From NCBI GenBank assembly GCA_965267575.1, contig OZ254086.1, positions 160,001 through 224,000 of the forward strand: 64,000 nt of DNA, in the 5' to 3' direction. This DNA is from Calditrichales bacterium. Lineage in GTDB: Bacteria; Calditrichota; Calditrichia; Calditrichales; J004. Of the stretch, positions 38,762-49,121 are shown one piece after another. The notes under the pieces were generated by a model. It was not told where the DNA came from. It saw nothing but the letters and a program-made list of their open reading frames with translations, and made no database searches. The position numbers were made by a program, and so were the translations under genes. Numbering within the stretch: position 1 is the stretch's first letter; every line of letters starts with the position of its first letter.

Positions 38762-40114
38762 TTAGTTGATGCCGTATTTTTTGAGCTTGGACATAAAGGT
38801 GCTGCGGTTAACCTGCAGCTCTTTTGCTGTTTGCACTTTGTTGTTCTTATTCTTTTCCAGGGCGTCCAGAATAATCTTTTTCTCAAAACTTTCCACGGCA
38901 TGCACCAGGCCCTTATCCAGTTCAACCATTCCCGCTTCGGCTGATCCCTTGATATCTCCGGGCAAATCTTCCGGATGGATAACGCCATTCTTGTTAAGCA
39001 CAACCGTTCTTTCGATCATATTTTCCAGTTCACGGATATTACCCGGATAATCGTAGGATTTAAACATGGCCATTGCACGGTTGTCGATATCACGGATGTT
39101 CTTTCCGTAAATCTTGCTGAATTTTTCGATAAAATGGTTTACGAGATAAGGAATGTCCTCGCGGCGCTCGCGTAACGGCGGAACCTGGATCGGTATGACA
39201 TTCAGGCGGTAAAACAGGTCGCTGCGGAAAGATCCCTTTTCCATGGCATCTTCGAGGTTTTTATTTGTAGCGGTAATTATGCGCACATCCACCTTGATGG
39301 TTTCCGTTCCGCCAACCCTTTCAAATTCCCCTTCCTGCAAAACCCGCAACAGTTTCAACTGCATATTCAAAGATATGTCGCCGATCTCATCCAGAAATAG
39401 CGTGCCGCCATTGGCCAGTTCAAAGCGCCCCACACGATCCTTAATGGCACCCGTAAAGGCGCCGCGTACATGGCCAAACAACTCGCTTTCCAACAAGCTT
39501 TCAGCAAACACGCCGCAGTTAACCTTGATAAAGGGACGCTTCATGCGCTGGCTGTTGTAATGTATGGCGTTGGCGATCAGTTCCTTGCCTGTGCCGCTTT
39601 CGCCGCGTATAAGGACGGTGGTATTGGTAGCGGCCACATCGCGCACCAGCGAGAAAAGCTCTTTGATCTTGTCCGTCTTACCGATGATATTTGTAAAATC
39701 ATATTTCTGCTGCAGCTTGTTTAGCAGAAATTCGTTTTCCTTTATCAGGGAGCTCAGTTGAGAAATGCGCTCAACCTTGGCATGCAACTCTTCGAAGCGC
39801 AGCGGCTTGGTGATGTAATCCTTGGCACCGATCTTCATAGCTTCGACAGCATTATCTATGGTGCCGTACGCGGTCATCATCAAAACCGGAATGTGCGGAT
39901 AATCCTTGGTGATGTTTTTGAGCAGTTCCATGCCGTCCATACCGGGCATGTAAATATCGGACAAAATGATATCCGGCTCGCTTTGTTTCACCTGACGCAA
40001 TGCCTCTATGCCGTTTGAAGCTTTGTCAACTTCGTACCCTTTGCTGACAAATACTTCCGCCATGAGTTCCAGAGCGTCCTTTTCGTCATCTACAACCAAG
40101 ATTCGGGTTTTCAT
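38762..40114 (-). CDS. sigma-54-dependent response regulator (NtrC/AtoC family)
   Basis: REC domain (VVDD, SDIYMPG, KP), GESGTGKE, GAFTGA, LFLDEIG, Fis-type HTH. Confidence 0.95.
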   Translation of the reverse strand: MKTRILVVDDEKDALELMAEVFVSKGYEVDKASNGIEALRQVKQSEPDIILSDIYMPGMDGMELLKNITKDYPHIPVLMMTAYGTIDNAVEAMKIGAKDYITKPLRFEELHAKVERISQLSSLIKENEFLLNKLQQKYDFTNIIGKTDKIKELFSLVRDVAATNTTVLIRGESGTGKELIANAIHYNSQRMKRPFIKVNCGVFAESLLESELFGHVRGAFTGAIKDRVGRFELANGGTLFLDEIGDISLNMQLKLLRVLQEGEFERVGGTETIKVDVRIITATNKNLEDAMEKGSFRSDLFYRLNVIPIQVPPLRERREDIPYLVNHFIEKFSKIYGKNIRDIDNRAMAMFKSYDYPGNIRELENMIERTVVLNKNGVIHPEDLPGDIKGSAEAGMVELDKGLVHAVESFEKKIILDALEKNKNNKVQTAKELQVNRSTFMSKLKKYGIN

Positions 40115-40223
40115 CCGCTTTGCCTCCCTAGTGATGCGGGATTAGAATTAAAAATGGGGCTAATGAGTTAAGATTGGCATTGTTAAATTTAAAGGGGTTA
40201 ATAGTTTAAGGCAAATTCAAACA

Positions 40224-41009
40224 TCAATTATTGAGATAGTCTTCAAGCATCTTTTGCAACATTTGGGCATTACGCACAGCTTTGGCCGTGGGGTGGTTAT
40301 TAAAGAATACATAATTCTTATAGGCTGTCTTTAAGAGCTCGCTGATGCGAATCATCCACGGCTCCAGTTCTTCGCCGCTATACTCATAATTGTAGCGCGC
40401 CGATCCTTCTCCCTCCCACCAATCCTTCGCATTGCGGCCATGTAAACGGAAGTAACTGTTTTCGCCGGTCATAATGTTTTGCGCCGGAAGCAGGCCCTTC
40501 AACTTCGGCTGGTCAACATTTACAAAGTCCAGATGCAATCCACGCATGAAATCGTACATTGCCGGTTTCAGCCAGCTGTCATGGCGAAACTCCACAAAAA
40601 CCGCCGAAGCATCCGCCAGCCTATCTTGGACCAAACTTAGATAATGTCTGTTTTGCTGATTGTTTTTAAACGAGAACGGAAATTGCGCCAGGTAGCCGCC
40701 CAGTTTGTTACTTTCGGCGAGCGGCGCTGTGGCTTCTTTCAGGTAATCGATGTAGGTTAATCCGTCTTTGCGTGTGTGCGTTGTCTCCCTGTTGAGCTTT
40801 ATGACAAAGGAAAAATCATCCGGGGTTTGGCGGGCCATTCGCTCAAAAGTTGAAGCCGCCGGAATAGTGTAATAGCTCACATTGATTTCAACACAATTGA
40901 AATAGCGGGCGTAATACGACAGCATGTCGCGGTTGGCCATGTTTTCAGGGTAAAACGGCCCCTTCCAGTCAGCATAGCTGAATCCGCTCGTTCCGATGTA
41001 AAGTGTCAT
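40224..41009 (-). CDS. DUF72 family protein
   Basis: IGTSGFSYADWKGPFYP, VEINVSYY, QFPFSF, EFRHDSW, YFRLHGRN, FFNNH. Confidence 0.92.
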   Translation of the reverse strand: MTLYIGTSGFSYADWKGPFYPENMANRDMLSYYARYFNCVEINVSYYTIPAASTFERMARQTPDDFSFVIKLNRETTHTRKDGLTYIDYLKEATAPLAESNKLGGYLAQFPFSFKNNQQNRHYLSLVQDRLADASAVFVEFRHDSWLKPAMYDFMRGLHLDFVNVDQPKLKGLLPAQNIMTGENSYFRLHGRNAKDWWEGEGSARYNYEYSGEELEPWMIRISELLKTAYKNYVFFNNHPTAKAVRNAQMLQKMLEDYLNN

Positions 41010-41094
41010 GAATTACATTATGCCAATCTTTTTGCAGTTGAGATCATGAACCTTTCAGCAATTCATTAACGCAGTTTACAGGATAAAATTTTCC

Positions 41095-41835
41095 ATGACA
41101 AAAATATTAATTATAGGTGCTTCATCGGGGATTGGTTTAAGCCTTGCAAAGTATTATCTGGCCCGTGGTAGTTCCGTGGCGGCAACGGCAAGAAGTACGG
41201 ATGCATTTGAAAAACTGCTTAAACGATACCCTGAAAATTTTCAATTTCGAGCGGCTGACATTAGCGATCAGGCGAATAACGAAAAGGCCTGCCGCGACAT
41301 GATAGAACAAATGGGCGGACTAGACGTGGCCGTGATTTCCGCCGGTGTCAGTTTACAGAATCTGTCGCTAACCATTGACAAAGAGCAGCTTACGGTAGAT
41401 ATAAATGTAAGAGGATTCGTTTATGCCGCGATTTGGCTGGCGCACTTTTTTGAAGAACAGGGTTACGGTCATCTGGCGGCAACCTCATCCATGGCGCAGT
41501 TTTATGGCAGCCCGCAAAGACCTTCCTACAACGCATCTAAAGCTTTTATTTCCACCTTTGCGGAAGGGCTTGCCATCAAATACCATGGCAGCGGCATATT
41601 CATCAGCGATATCAGACCCGGCCTGATTGACACGCCGATGACGGTCGGTCTGGGTTATGACAAGTTGAAGATCAGCAGCGAACAAGCGGCATTGATCATC
41701 GCTAAAGGTTTGGCACGCCGCAAGCGTAAAATTATTATCGGAAAAGGATGGATGTTCCTGGCGCGGTTGTCGGCCTTGCTGCCGTTGCGGCTATTCCGGA
41801 AAATTTATTACTCCGCGTCACCCAAAAGAAGCTGA
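41095..41835 (+). CDS. short-chain dehydrogenase/reductase
   Basis: IIGASSGIG, YNASKA, IRPGLIDTPMT. Confidence 0.9.
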   Translation: MTKILIIGASSGIGLSLAKYYLARGSSVAATARSTDAFEKLLKRYPENFQFRAADISDQANNEKACRDMIEQMGGLDVAVISAGVSLQNLSLTIDKEQLTVDINVRGFVYAAIWLAHFFEEQGYGHLAATSSMAQFYGSPQRPSYNASKAFISTFAEGLAIKYHGSGIFISDIRPGLIDTPMTVGLGYDKLKISSEQAALIIAKGLARRKRKIIIGKGWMFLARLSALLPLRLFRKIYYSASPKRS

Positions 41836-44009
41836 TCGCCGCCAATCAGAAAATTGTTATTGAGGACTTTGTAGGCCCAGTAATTTTTCATCACCTTGCG
41901 CACATAGTCGCGCGTTTCGGAGTATTCCACATTCTCAATAAAGACGTCGATTTGCCGGGAGCCGGGCAATTTAAGCCAGCGCTTAACGCGATGCGGACCG
42001 GCGTTATAGGCGGCAAGCACGTGTTCCTTGCGCTCCAGGCTGCCCAGCAGTCGTTTAACATAATATGTGCCCAGGCGGATGTTAATTTCCGGGTTAAACA
42101 GGCGGTTTACATCACTCAGATCAACCTTCTGGTAAGTGGCCATTTCCCTGCCCGTTGCCGGAACAAGCTGCATTAATCCGTAGGCGTTGGCCCAGCTGTG
42201 CGCCTTATTATCAAACACGCTTTCCTGCTTCATAATCGCCAGTACCAACTCGGGCTCAACGCCAAAGCGTGATGCGTATTCCTGCACATGGCTGTCATAA
42301 TAATAGGGGAAGCGTTCGCGCAGGATAACCAGCTTATCATTATAAGAAATATTGGAATAATATTTACGATCAATATAATCATAAGCGCGGTAGGCGCGGG
42401 CATAAGCGCCAAGCTTTTTATAAATCTCAGCCAGTGCCATCCACTCATCGCGATCCGAGGCCCTGGCTTTTATGTTTTCAAGGGCGACAAAAGCGTAATG
42501 CTCGCCCAGAACGTCTTTTACTTCAAAAGCTTCTTCAAACGGACCCATCAACTTCTGGAAGCCAGTGGCATAATGCACCAGTTCATCACGCTGAGCGCTG
42601 AATTTTTCGCGGAAGTTCCACAGACTGTCGGCCTGCTCCTTTTCCATCAGGTAGCTTTTCATCGTGTAGTAGTCATCCCACGGCTCACGGGCCAGTTCCA
42701 CCCGCAGCCTTTTCGCCGTTTGGTAATCGCCGCGGTTTTCGCTGCACAGTGAAGCCCAGAAGGTAGCACGGTTCTTGTCCACATCAGGCCAGCGCTTAAA
42801 GCGGATAGCGTTAAATATATCCTCTGCTTCCTTGATCTCTCCCTGGCGGAAATGGGTAAAACCTTCCCTGAACATGGCTTCGCGGGCGTAGCCGCTGGAG
42901 GGCCAGCGTTTTCTTACCGTCTTGTAAAGTTCCTGCGCCTTGTCCAGGTCGCCGCTTTCTTCGGCAATCCAGGCCGCTTTCCACATCGCTTCCGGCGCAA
43001 TGCGGCGGCGCGGGTAGCGGTCGGCATAATCGCTGTAGGCGTCAACGGACTGGTTGCGATAGCCTTTGCGCCAGTAAATACGCGCAATATGAAGACGGAT
43101 ATAGGGCTCCAGCGTCTTATTGGTCAGTTCGCTCAGCATATTTTTAAAGCCGTACAGGGCCGTGCTGTATTCGCCTTTGGCGTAATAGATCTTGATAAGC
43201 TGGTAACGCGCTTTTTCTTTTTTGGCAGGATCGCTTTCAGCTTTGGCGTACTCTTCCAGCATATCCCGTAGTTCGTCAAAGCGCCCGTTGGAATGATAGA
43301 CATCAACTACCTTAAAGAAATTTTCCCGGTAAAAAGATGCCTCGGGCTTCTCCAGCCAGCGAACAAGTTCAAGGGTTTCTTCATTACCCGTGTAAACATT
43401 CATGGCACGACTGAATTCGTCCAGCGCGGCCAGGCGCCGCCCCTGGTAATAAAGAGCGTGTGCCGCACGAATATAGCTGTAGGCAAATCTGGATTTATCC
43501 ACCTTGCGTGAGCGAAAAGCCTGATAATACTGGCGTGCCTTGCTGAAATTGCGCCTGTCAAAATGATAATCGGCCAGGGTGAGGTAAAGGGAATCTTTAA
43601 GGCTGCTGTTGCTGCTGTTTGCGATGTAGGCCTCCGATTCACGGGCGGCAGCGCTACTGTCTGTTTGCCACAGGCTGCGAATGCGGAAATAGCGGGCGTA
43701 TTCTTTCAGGTAGCCCTTTTTTTCAAGTTCACGGAATTCGCTGAGCGCATCGGTATAATGCCCGGCGCGAAAGGCGGATACGGCAAACTTAAAGTGGGTC
43801 GACAAAGGCAGCGGATCACTGCTGCCATTGAGGGCTTCGGCGTAGTGGTTGCGCGCGCTACCGAAATCTCGCTGGAAGTAGGCACTGTCGGCGCGGGACA
43901 ATTGCTTCAGGATGCCGGAAAAACCGGAAGAGACGTTGCGGCTGTTTCCGGTGGGCAACAATCCGAACAAGACCAAGCTTATTACCGACAGATAGAGTGT
44001 GTATCGCAT
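41808..44009 (-). CDS. TPR-containing soluble lytic transglycosylase (Slt family)
   Basis: Multiple TPRs; AIMKQES.F, AYGLMQL.P.T, AAYNAGP, ETRDYV. Confidence 0.9.
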   Translation of the reverse strand: MRYTLYLSVISLVLFGLLPTGNSRNVSSGFSGILKQLSRADSAYFQRDFGSARNHYAEALNGSSDPLPLSTHFKFAVSAFRAGHYTDALSEFRELEKKGYLKEYARYFRIRSLWQTDSSAAARESEAYIANSSNSSLKDSLYLTLADYHFDRRNFSKARQYYQAFRSRKVDKSRFAYSYIRAAHALYYQGRRLAALDEFSRAMNVYTGNEETLELVRWLEKPEASFYRENFFKVVDVYHSNGRFDELRDMLEEYAKAESDPAKKEKARYQLIKIYYAKGEYSTALYGFKNMLSELTNKTLEPYIRLHIARIYWRKGYRNQSVDAYSDYADRYPRRRIAPEAMWKAAWIAEESGDLDKAQELYKTVRKRWPSSGYAREAMFREGFTHFRQGEIKEAEDIFNAIRFKRWPDVDKNRATFWASLCSENRGDYQTAKRLRVELAREPWDDYYTMKSYLMEKEQADSLWNFREKFSAQRDELVHYATGFQKLMGPFEEAFEVKDVLGEHYAFVALENIKARASDRDEWMALAEIYKKLGAYARAYRAYDYIDRKYYSNISYNDKLVILRERFPYYYDSHVQEYASRFGVEPELVLAIMKQESVFDNKAHSWANAYGLMQLVPATGREMATYQKVDLSDVNRLFNPEINIRLGTYYVKRLLGSLERKEHVLAAYNAGPHRVKRWLKLPGSRQIDVFIENVEYSETRDYVRKVMKNYWAYKVLNNNFLIGGDQLLLGDAE

Positions 44010-44173
44010 GCAACAACATCCTTATCATTTATCCATTTCTTCGGATAAGATAGACATCACCTGAAATATATATATGATATCACCAAATTTCGGGCATCCA
44101 AATCACAATTCAATCAGGGTTGCCTAAAAAATATAAACGAATTTGTAAAATGTGCGTTCCGGCGGTTGAGTGG

Positions 44174-45313
44174 TTACAAATAGGAGAGGGCTTGCTCTGC
44201 ATCCTGCAGAAGGTCTTCCTCATCTTCCACACCAACGGAAAGGCGTACAAGGCCGTCGCTTATGCCCAGTTTTTTGCGGTCTTCCCGGGGTACAGACGCA
44301 TGCGTCATGATCGCCGGATGGTCAACCAGGCTCTCAACGCCGCCAAGGCTTTCGGCCAGCGCAAAGATCTTCAGGTTTTCCGCAAAAAGCTTCGCCGCTT
44401 TCAGATTGCCCAGTTCCAGGCTCACAATTCCGCCAAAACCGCGCATTTGCTGTTTGGCGAGCTCATGCTGCGGGTGACTTTCCAGTCCGGGATAGTAAAC
44501 ACGGCCAACCTTCGGATGCTCACTTAAAAAGCGGGCAATGGCATTGGCGTTTTTTTCATGTTCGCGCATACGCAAGGCCAATGTTTTAGTAGCCCGTAAA
44601 ATCAAAAAGCAATCCTGCGGTCCGGGCACGGCACCAACCGCATTTTGCAGATAGCGCAGCTTTCCGGCCAGGTCATCGCTTTTGGTCACAATAATGCCCC
44701 CTACCACATCACTATGCCCGTTGATGTATTTCGTGGAGCTGTGTATCACCATGTCAATGCCGTAGTCCAGCGGGTTTTGAAAATAGGGGCTCATAAAGGT
44801 GTTGTCGACAACGGAGAGCAGTTTATGTTTCTTGGCAAAATCGGCCAGTTCCTGCAGCGAGGTAAGCGTTAACATGGGATTTGTCGGCGTTTCCACAAAG
44901 ATCAGACGCGTTTCCGGACGAACGGCTTTTTCTACGGCGCCGAAATCCGCGGTGTTTACAAAACTGAAGGAGACACCAAATTTTTTAAACACAGCGTCAA
45001 AAACACGGAAGGTTCCGCCATAAACGTTGTCGGTACAGATAATATGATCGCCCTGCTGCAACAGTTGCACAATAGACGAAATCGCCGCCATCCCGCTGGC
45101 GTAGGCGATGCCATGCCTGCCTTTTTCCAGTGCCGCGATATTGGCCTCCATGGCGCCGCGGGTGGGGTTTTGTGTGCGCGAATATTCGTATCCCTTGTGC
45201 TTTCCGATTTCTTCCTGCACATAGGTGGATGTTTGAAAAACCGGAGTCATGATTGCGCCTGTTGCCGGATCCGGTTTCTGCCCGGCATGGATGGCATCCG
45301 TCTGAAAACCCAT
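44174..45313 (-). CDS. cystathionine gamma-synthase/gamma-lyase family PLP enzyme
   Basis: YEYSRTQNPTR, ETPTNP, VDNTFMSP, HSSTKYINGHSD, AESLGGVESL, RLSVGVE. Confidence 0.93.
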   Translation of the reverse strand: MGFQTDAIHAGQKPDPATGAIMTPVFQTSTYVQEEIGKHKGYEYSRTQNPTRGAMEANIAALEKGRHGIAYASGMAAISSIVQLLQQGDHIICTDNVYGGTFRVFDAVFKKFGVSFSFVNTADFGAVEKAVRPETRLIFVETPTNPMLTLTSLQELADFAKKHKLLSVVDNTFMSPYFQNPLDYGIDMVIHSSTKYINGHSDVVGGIIVTKSDDLAGKLRYLQNAVGAVPGPQDCFLILRATKTLALRMREHEKNANAIARFLSEHPKVGRVYYPGLESHPQHELAKQQMRGFGGIVSLELGNLKAAKLFAENLKIFALAESLGGVESLVDHPAIMTHASVPREDRKKLGISDGLVRLSVGVEDEEDLLQDAEQALSYL

Positions 45314-45316
45314 CTG

Positions 45317-45811
45317 TTAACCTTCGTGTTGTACTGTTTTTTCCACTGTTTTTTCAATCGCGTTTGTTAAAATTTTTACGATAGATTTTTCGTCATTCCT
45401 GTTGTATACAAAAAGATGCGAGTCGTTTTCCACGATCATCGGCTCGTTGTTGAAACGCAGATGCCTGCCTTCCTCATCCTTTGGAGCAATAAAATAAGCC
45501 GGCGTACTGTAGCGTTGCAGGTATGTCTCAAACAAATGTCCCAGCCGCGTCTTGTCAAAACCCTCGTCCAAATCCAGCACAAAAAGGCTGAATGGTACCT
45601 TGGGAATGATCTGATCGATAAGCGTAAAGTTGCCAAAATCGGGCAGCGTATGAATCACATAAATATATACCGAATAGGTCTCGTCAAGATCGATCTCCAG
45701 CAGCTTAAAGTCGCCATAAACCTTTGAATAAAGCTGTTCTTCGCCGGGGAAAACGCTCTCTATGTGGGCATCGCGCAGGGCAAATACCGGTATTTCCAGA
45801 ATCCGCCTCAT
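45317..45811 (-). CDS. hypothetical protein, possible degenerate MglA/CvnD-like small GTPase fold
   Basis: 4-nt overlap with the upstream gene; strand/helix pattern DFKLLEIDLDETYSVYIY...FSLFVLD...STPAYFI...NRNDEKSIVKIL; no P-loop. Confidence 0.55.
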   Translation of the reverse strand: MRRILEIPVFALRDAHIESVFPGEEQLYSKVYGDFKLLEIDLDETYSVYIYVIHTLPDFGNFTLIDQIIPKVPFSLFVLDLDEGFDKTRLGHLFETYLQRYSTPAYFIAPKDEEGRHLRFNNEPMIVENDSHLFVYNRNDEKSIVKILTNAIEKTVEKTVQHEG

Positions 45812-46950
45812 AGCTTCTCCAGACGCTGGCGAAAATCGTGCAGCAAGGTCAGGTCCTCAAAAAGATGCGGTTTGCGTTTTAGTTGAACTTCTTCCTGCAG
45901 ACTCTCTTCGGTTTCACCTTTTGCAGCGTTCTGTCCGCGCATATGCCGCTCCACTTCGCTGCTGCGGGCAAACAACTTGTTTACCACTTTGCGTATGGGC
46001 GACGTGTTCTCGCGCTCTTTAAGCAAGGCCAGCTGGTCCTTATAATCCATACGCTGTACAAGCCATTTTTTGTCGATCCAGGTCTCCAGGTCTTCCAGCA
46101 TGCGCAGGCTTCCGTCCGCATTTTGCTCGATGAAACTCATCAGTGTTTTGCCTTCCTTGAAGAACAACAGGTTTTTGCGCGCCGCCGGTCCGATCTCTTC
46201 ATAATCCAATAGCGGTGCGGCATAAAAAACAACATTGCGATCCGGTAAAGATTGCAGCAGCTTTTCCCTTTTCTGTAAATGGTTCTGGCACTCTTTGATA
46301 ACCTGCTGGTTATCCAGCAGAATACGTTCATTATGACGCATATTATCCAGATTGACCTTGAAAGCACCGCTCATCCATGTAGCCATGGCCAGAATCGCCT
46401 CAAGCGGGTCTTTATTATCCAGCCGGGCGTTCACAACCTTGCCGCGGTTGAACTGAATCTCACCGCGTTTTTCCTGATGTTTCAATTCCACGCTGCCATT
46501 TTTGCGGCCGTCCTCAAATGTCTGGATCAGGTCGATTACATTAAACACATTCAGGCTGCCGCTCAGATCGCTTTCCTGCTTGCGTCCGGCTGTGCGGGCG
46601 ACCATCAGCGTTTCGATTATTTTGTGGAATTCGTTGCGGATCATCGGCAGCTGGATGATATCGGCGGCCCCGGCCATCCACAGCAGTTCGCGTTTTTCCC
46701 AGGAAATACGCGGCGTAAAACAGAGAAAAGGAATGTCCAGCTTGAACTTTTTATAACGGGCAATCCAGTTATGTAAAATGGTAACGCGGCGAACGGCAAA
46801 AAAGACGAAATCCGGCTTTTCCGTTCGCAGCTGACCTTCCGCGGCATCCATGTCTCCGGCCCAGGAGAGGTGAATCGGCAAATGATTCAGGTTGTCCGAA
46901 AAAATGGAGAAGACATCGCGGTTCTCGCAGATAACAAATACTTCTCTCAT
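45808..46950 (-). CDS. pseudo-receiver + DUF4388 (PATAN-like) domain protein
   Basis: REC-like N-terminus lacking the phospho-Asp (PDFVFFAV); LSGSLNVFNVIDLIQ...GEIQFNRGKVVNA...WMSGAF. Confidence 0.75.
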   Translation of the reverse strand: MREVFVICENRDVFSIFSDNLNHLPIHLSWAGDMDAAEGQLRTEKPDFVFFAVRRVTILHNWIARYKKFKLDIPFLCFTPRISWEKRELLWMAGAADIIQLPMIRNEFHKIIETLMVARTAGRKQESDLSGSLNVFNVIDLIQTFEDGRKNGSVELKHQEKRGEIQFNRGKVVNARLDNKDPLEAILAMATWMSGAFKVNLDNMRHNERILLDNQQVIKECQNHLQKREKLLQSLPDRNVVFYAAPLLDYEEIGPAARKNLLFFKEGKTLMSFIEQNADGSLRMLEDLETWIDKKWLVQRMDYKDQLALLKERENTSPIRKVVNKLFARSSEVERHMRGQNAAKGETEESLQEEVQLKRKPHLFEDLTLLHDFRQRLEKL

Positions 46951-48506
46951 TGTTCACCCTCTTCCTGCTCTTCCTGTCCGGTCTCTTCTTCCTCTTCCCG
47001 CGGCTTCTCGTAAACTCTCAGCATCAGCATGGCGTGCTTCACATCTTCCGCCTCGCCGGGCTCGCATTGAATAAACGGCACCTCGCGGCGCAGAGAAAGC
47101 TTCTCGCTTATCCACTCCATATCCTGATCCGCGCGCAGGTTAAAAACGCCGGCAATCCACGGTAATGAATAAATCGTCAAAATCTGATTGATCGCGTAAT
47201 TGATATATTCAAAACGGTCTTCCATCCCGGCATCGATCAGAAAGACAAAACCGGCAAGGCCTTCTACAAGCTTTTCGATGCTCATCAGAATGTTTTTGTC
47301 CATAGAAAGGCTGAAACACATCAGGCTGGTTTCGTCATTCAGCTTTATGTGGGCCAGTGACACACGGCTCAGATCGTGGGAGGGGACATTCACGCCGGCC
47401 ATTTTACAAATAAAACCCAGGCTGCCTTTCCCGGCAGAAGAAATAACGGCGATTTTGGCGTTGTCCTGCCCGCCGATGCCAAGCTGTCCTATAATCTGGC
47501 TGCTTTCCTCCGCATTAAACAACGGACTTTTAATGTTGCTGGCCACCAGTTGCGATTCATATTCTTTCAACACGGGCTGCGCCGGCTGGCGCACACTTAA
47601 AAATCCGCCCGCTTTAAGCTTGCGCAGTAAGGACGCTGTTTCAAAAGAGGTGTAAACGGGGTTTTCCAGAATCCGGTTAAGCCTTACCGGGTGTTCGATC
47701 AACCGGATAAAAGCCGTGTCCACTTCGATCGAAGAATGGGCCAGGTCGCCGGCATATTGCAGCCTTACGACGCTATGCATGGGGCCAATGTTTTCAAGAT
47801 CATCAATATATGCGATGCGCAGTTTTTCTGCTTCGATCAGCAATGCCACATTACTGATATGAACGCTGTACGCGCCATCCACTCCGGCGGTGGAAATAAA
47901 CTGGAACGTGCCCTGATGCCAGAACAGCATATGCAGCAGAGCCCTTTCGCCACGATGCACGCCTACCTGGGCGTGTGTGGCCTGCCCTTCCTTAAAATAA
48001 ATCTTACCGCTGTTTTCGGATGTCACCATTTTCAAAATACCGGTGCGCTCTTCGCGGGCCAGGTTGTTAAGCAGCGTTTTAAGTGATACATCTTCGAGGT
48101 TGCCGGCGGAGAAAAGGGTCGCCTTATCCAGGTCGCCACGCAGGTTTTTCAACGGCCAGGCCAGCGCGTAGTAGATCTCTTCTCCCGGCTGCGAGGCATC
48201 GAAAACGCGGCGCGCTCCCAGTTCGTAAAAAGCCAGACGTTTATTGGCGTTATCAGGCACGTTATACACAAACAGATTGTGTCCCCTGTACCTTGAAAAA
48301 AAGGCTACCACGTCGGCGCGCTCCTCATCAACGAGGGTGCCGTATTCAACAAGAACGGCGTTTATATCATTTTGGGCATTGGTTTGAGGCAGGCTTTTCA
48401 GGGAATCGAAAACGGACACTTTATAGTCATCCCTCATAAAAAGGCTTTCAAAAAAATCGGAGCGTTTTTCGTTTGCATCCAGGATAATTATTGAATATGA
48501 GGCCAT
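46947..48506 (-). CDS. pseudo-receiver + DUF4388 + degenerate small-GTPase-like domain protein
   Basis: REC-like N-terminus (AVLVEY); GNLEDVSLKTLL...TGIL...GKIYFKEG...WHQGTFQF; C-terminal KIAVISSAGKGS...GLAGFVFLID...LPWIAGV...VPFIQC. Confidence 0.7.
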   Translation of the reverse strand: MASYSIIILDANEKRSDFFESLFMRDDYKVSVFDSLKSLPQTNAQNDINAVLVEYGTLVDEERADVVAFFSRYRGHNLFVYNVPDNANKRLAFYELGARRVFDASQPGEEIYYALAWPLKNLRGDLDKATLFSAGNLEDVSLKTLLNNLAREERTGILKMVTSENSGKIYFKEGQATHAQVGVHRGERALLHMLFWHQGTFQFISTAGVDGAYSVHISNVALLIEAEKLRIAYIDDLENIGPMHSVVRLQYAGDLAHSSIEVDTAFIRLIEHPVRLNRILENPVYTSFETASLLRKLKAGGFLSVRQPAQPVLKEYESQLVASNIKSPLFNAEESSQIIGQLGIGGQDNAKIAVISSAGKGSLGFICKMAGVNVPSHDLSRVSLAHIKLNDETSLMCFSLSMDKNILMSIEKLVEGLAGFVFLIDAGMEDRFEYINYAINQILTIYSLPWIAGVFNLRADQDMEWISEKLSLRREVPFIQCEPGEAEDVKHAMLMLRVYEKPREEEEETGQEEQEEGEQ

Positions 48507-48590
48507 GTCTGAGGTTATACCCGCGCTTGTGTCTTAATCCACTGTCAATTTAGACGTGCGCTATCAATGTGTCAAGTTTTAAGCCAATAT

Positions 48591-49121
48591 TTACAAGTAC
48601 TTAGCAAGCAAATCATAAACGATTACGGCATAGGCCACGGAAACATTCAGCGAGTGTTTAACCCCCAGCATTGGAATCTCCACAGCCATATCTGCCATGG
48701 ATACGATCTCCGCTGAAACGCCCTCCACTTCGTTGCCAAAAACAAGACAAACGGGGAAATCATATTTAGCCCTGTAATAGGGCACACTGTCGGTCGTATG
48801 TTCCACCGTCACAATCTGATAACCTTTTTGCCGGAATTCTTTTATGGCATCGATTGCTGATTTAGCATAGCTCCACGGTACCGTCTCCGTTGCGCCCAGG
48901 GCGGTTTTGTTTATTTCGGGCCGCGGCGGACGGGCGGTAAAGCCGCATAAGACCAGCTCCTGCAGACGCACGCCATCCGATGTGCGGAAAATGCTGCCCA
49001 CATTATGCATGCTGCGGATGTTTTCGATAACCGCGCAAACCGGTGTGCGTTTCAGCTTTTTCAGATCTTCTTCAGCGGGTCGCTGACTGAAGATTTCATC
49101 ATAATTAAGCTTACGGCGCAT
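48591..49121 (-). CDS. TrmH/SpoU family RNA methyltransferase
   Basis: ENIRSMHNVGSIFRT, LVFGNEVEGV, EIPMLGVKHSLNVS; ATG at 49121 overlaps the rlmD stop (TAATG). Confidence 0.9.
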   Translation of the reverse strand: MRRKLNYDEIFSQRPAEEDLKKLKRTPVCAVIENIRSMHNVGSIFRTSDGVRLQELVLCGFTARPPRPEINKTALGATETVPWSYAKSAIDAIKEFRQKGYQIVTVEHTTDSVPYYRAKYDFPVCLVFGNEVEGVSAEIVSMADMAVEIPMLGVKHSLNVSVAYAVIVYDLLAKYL

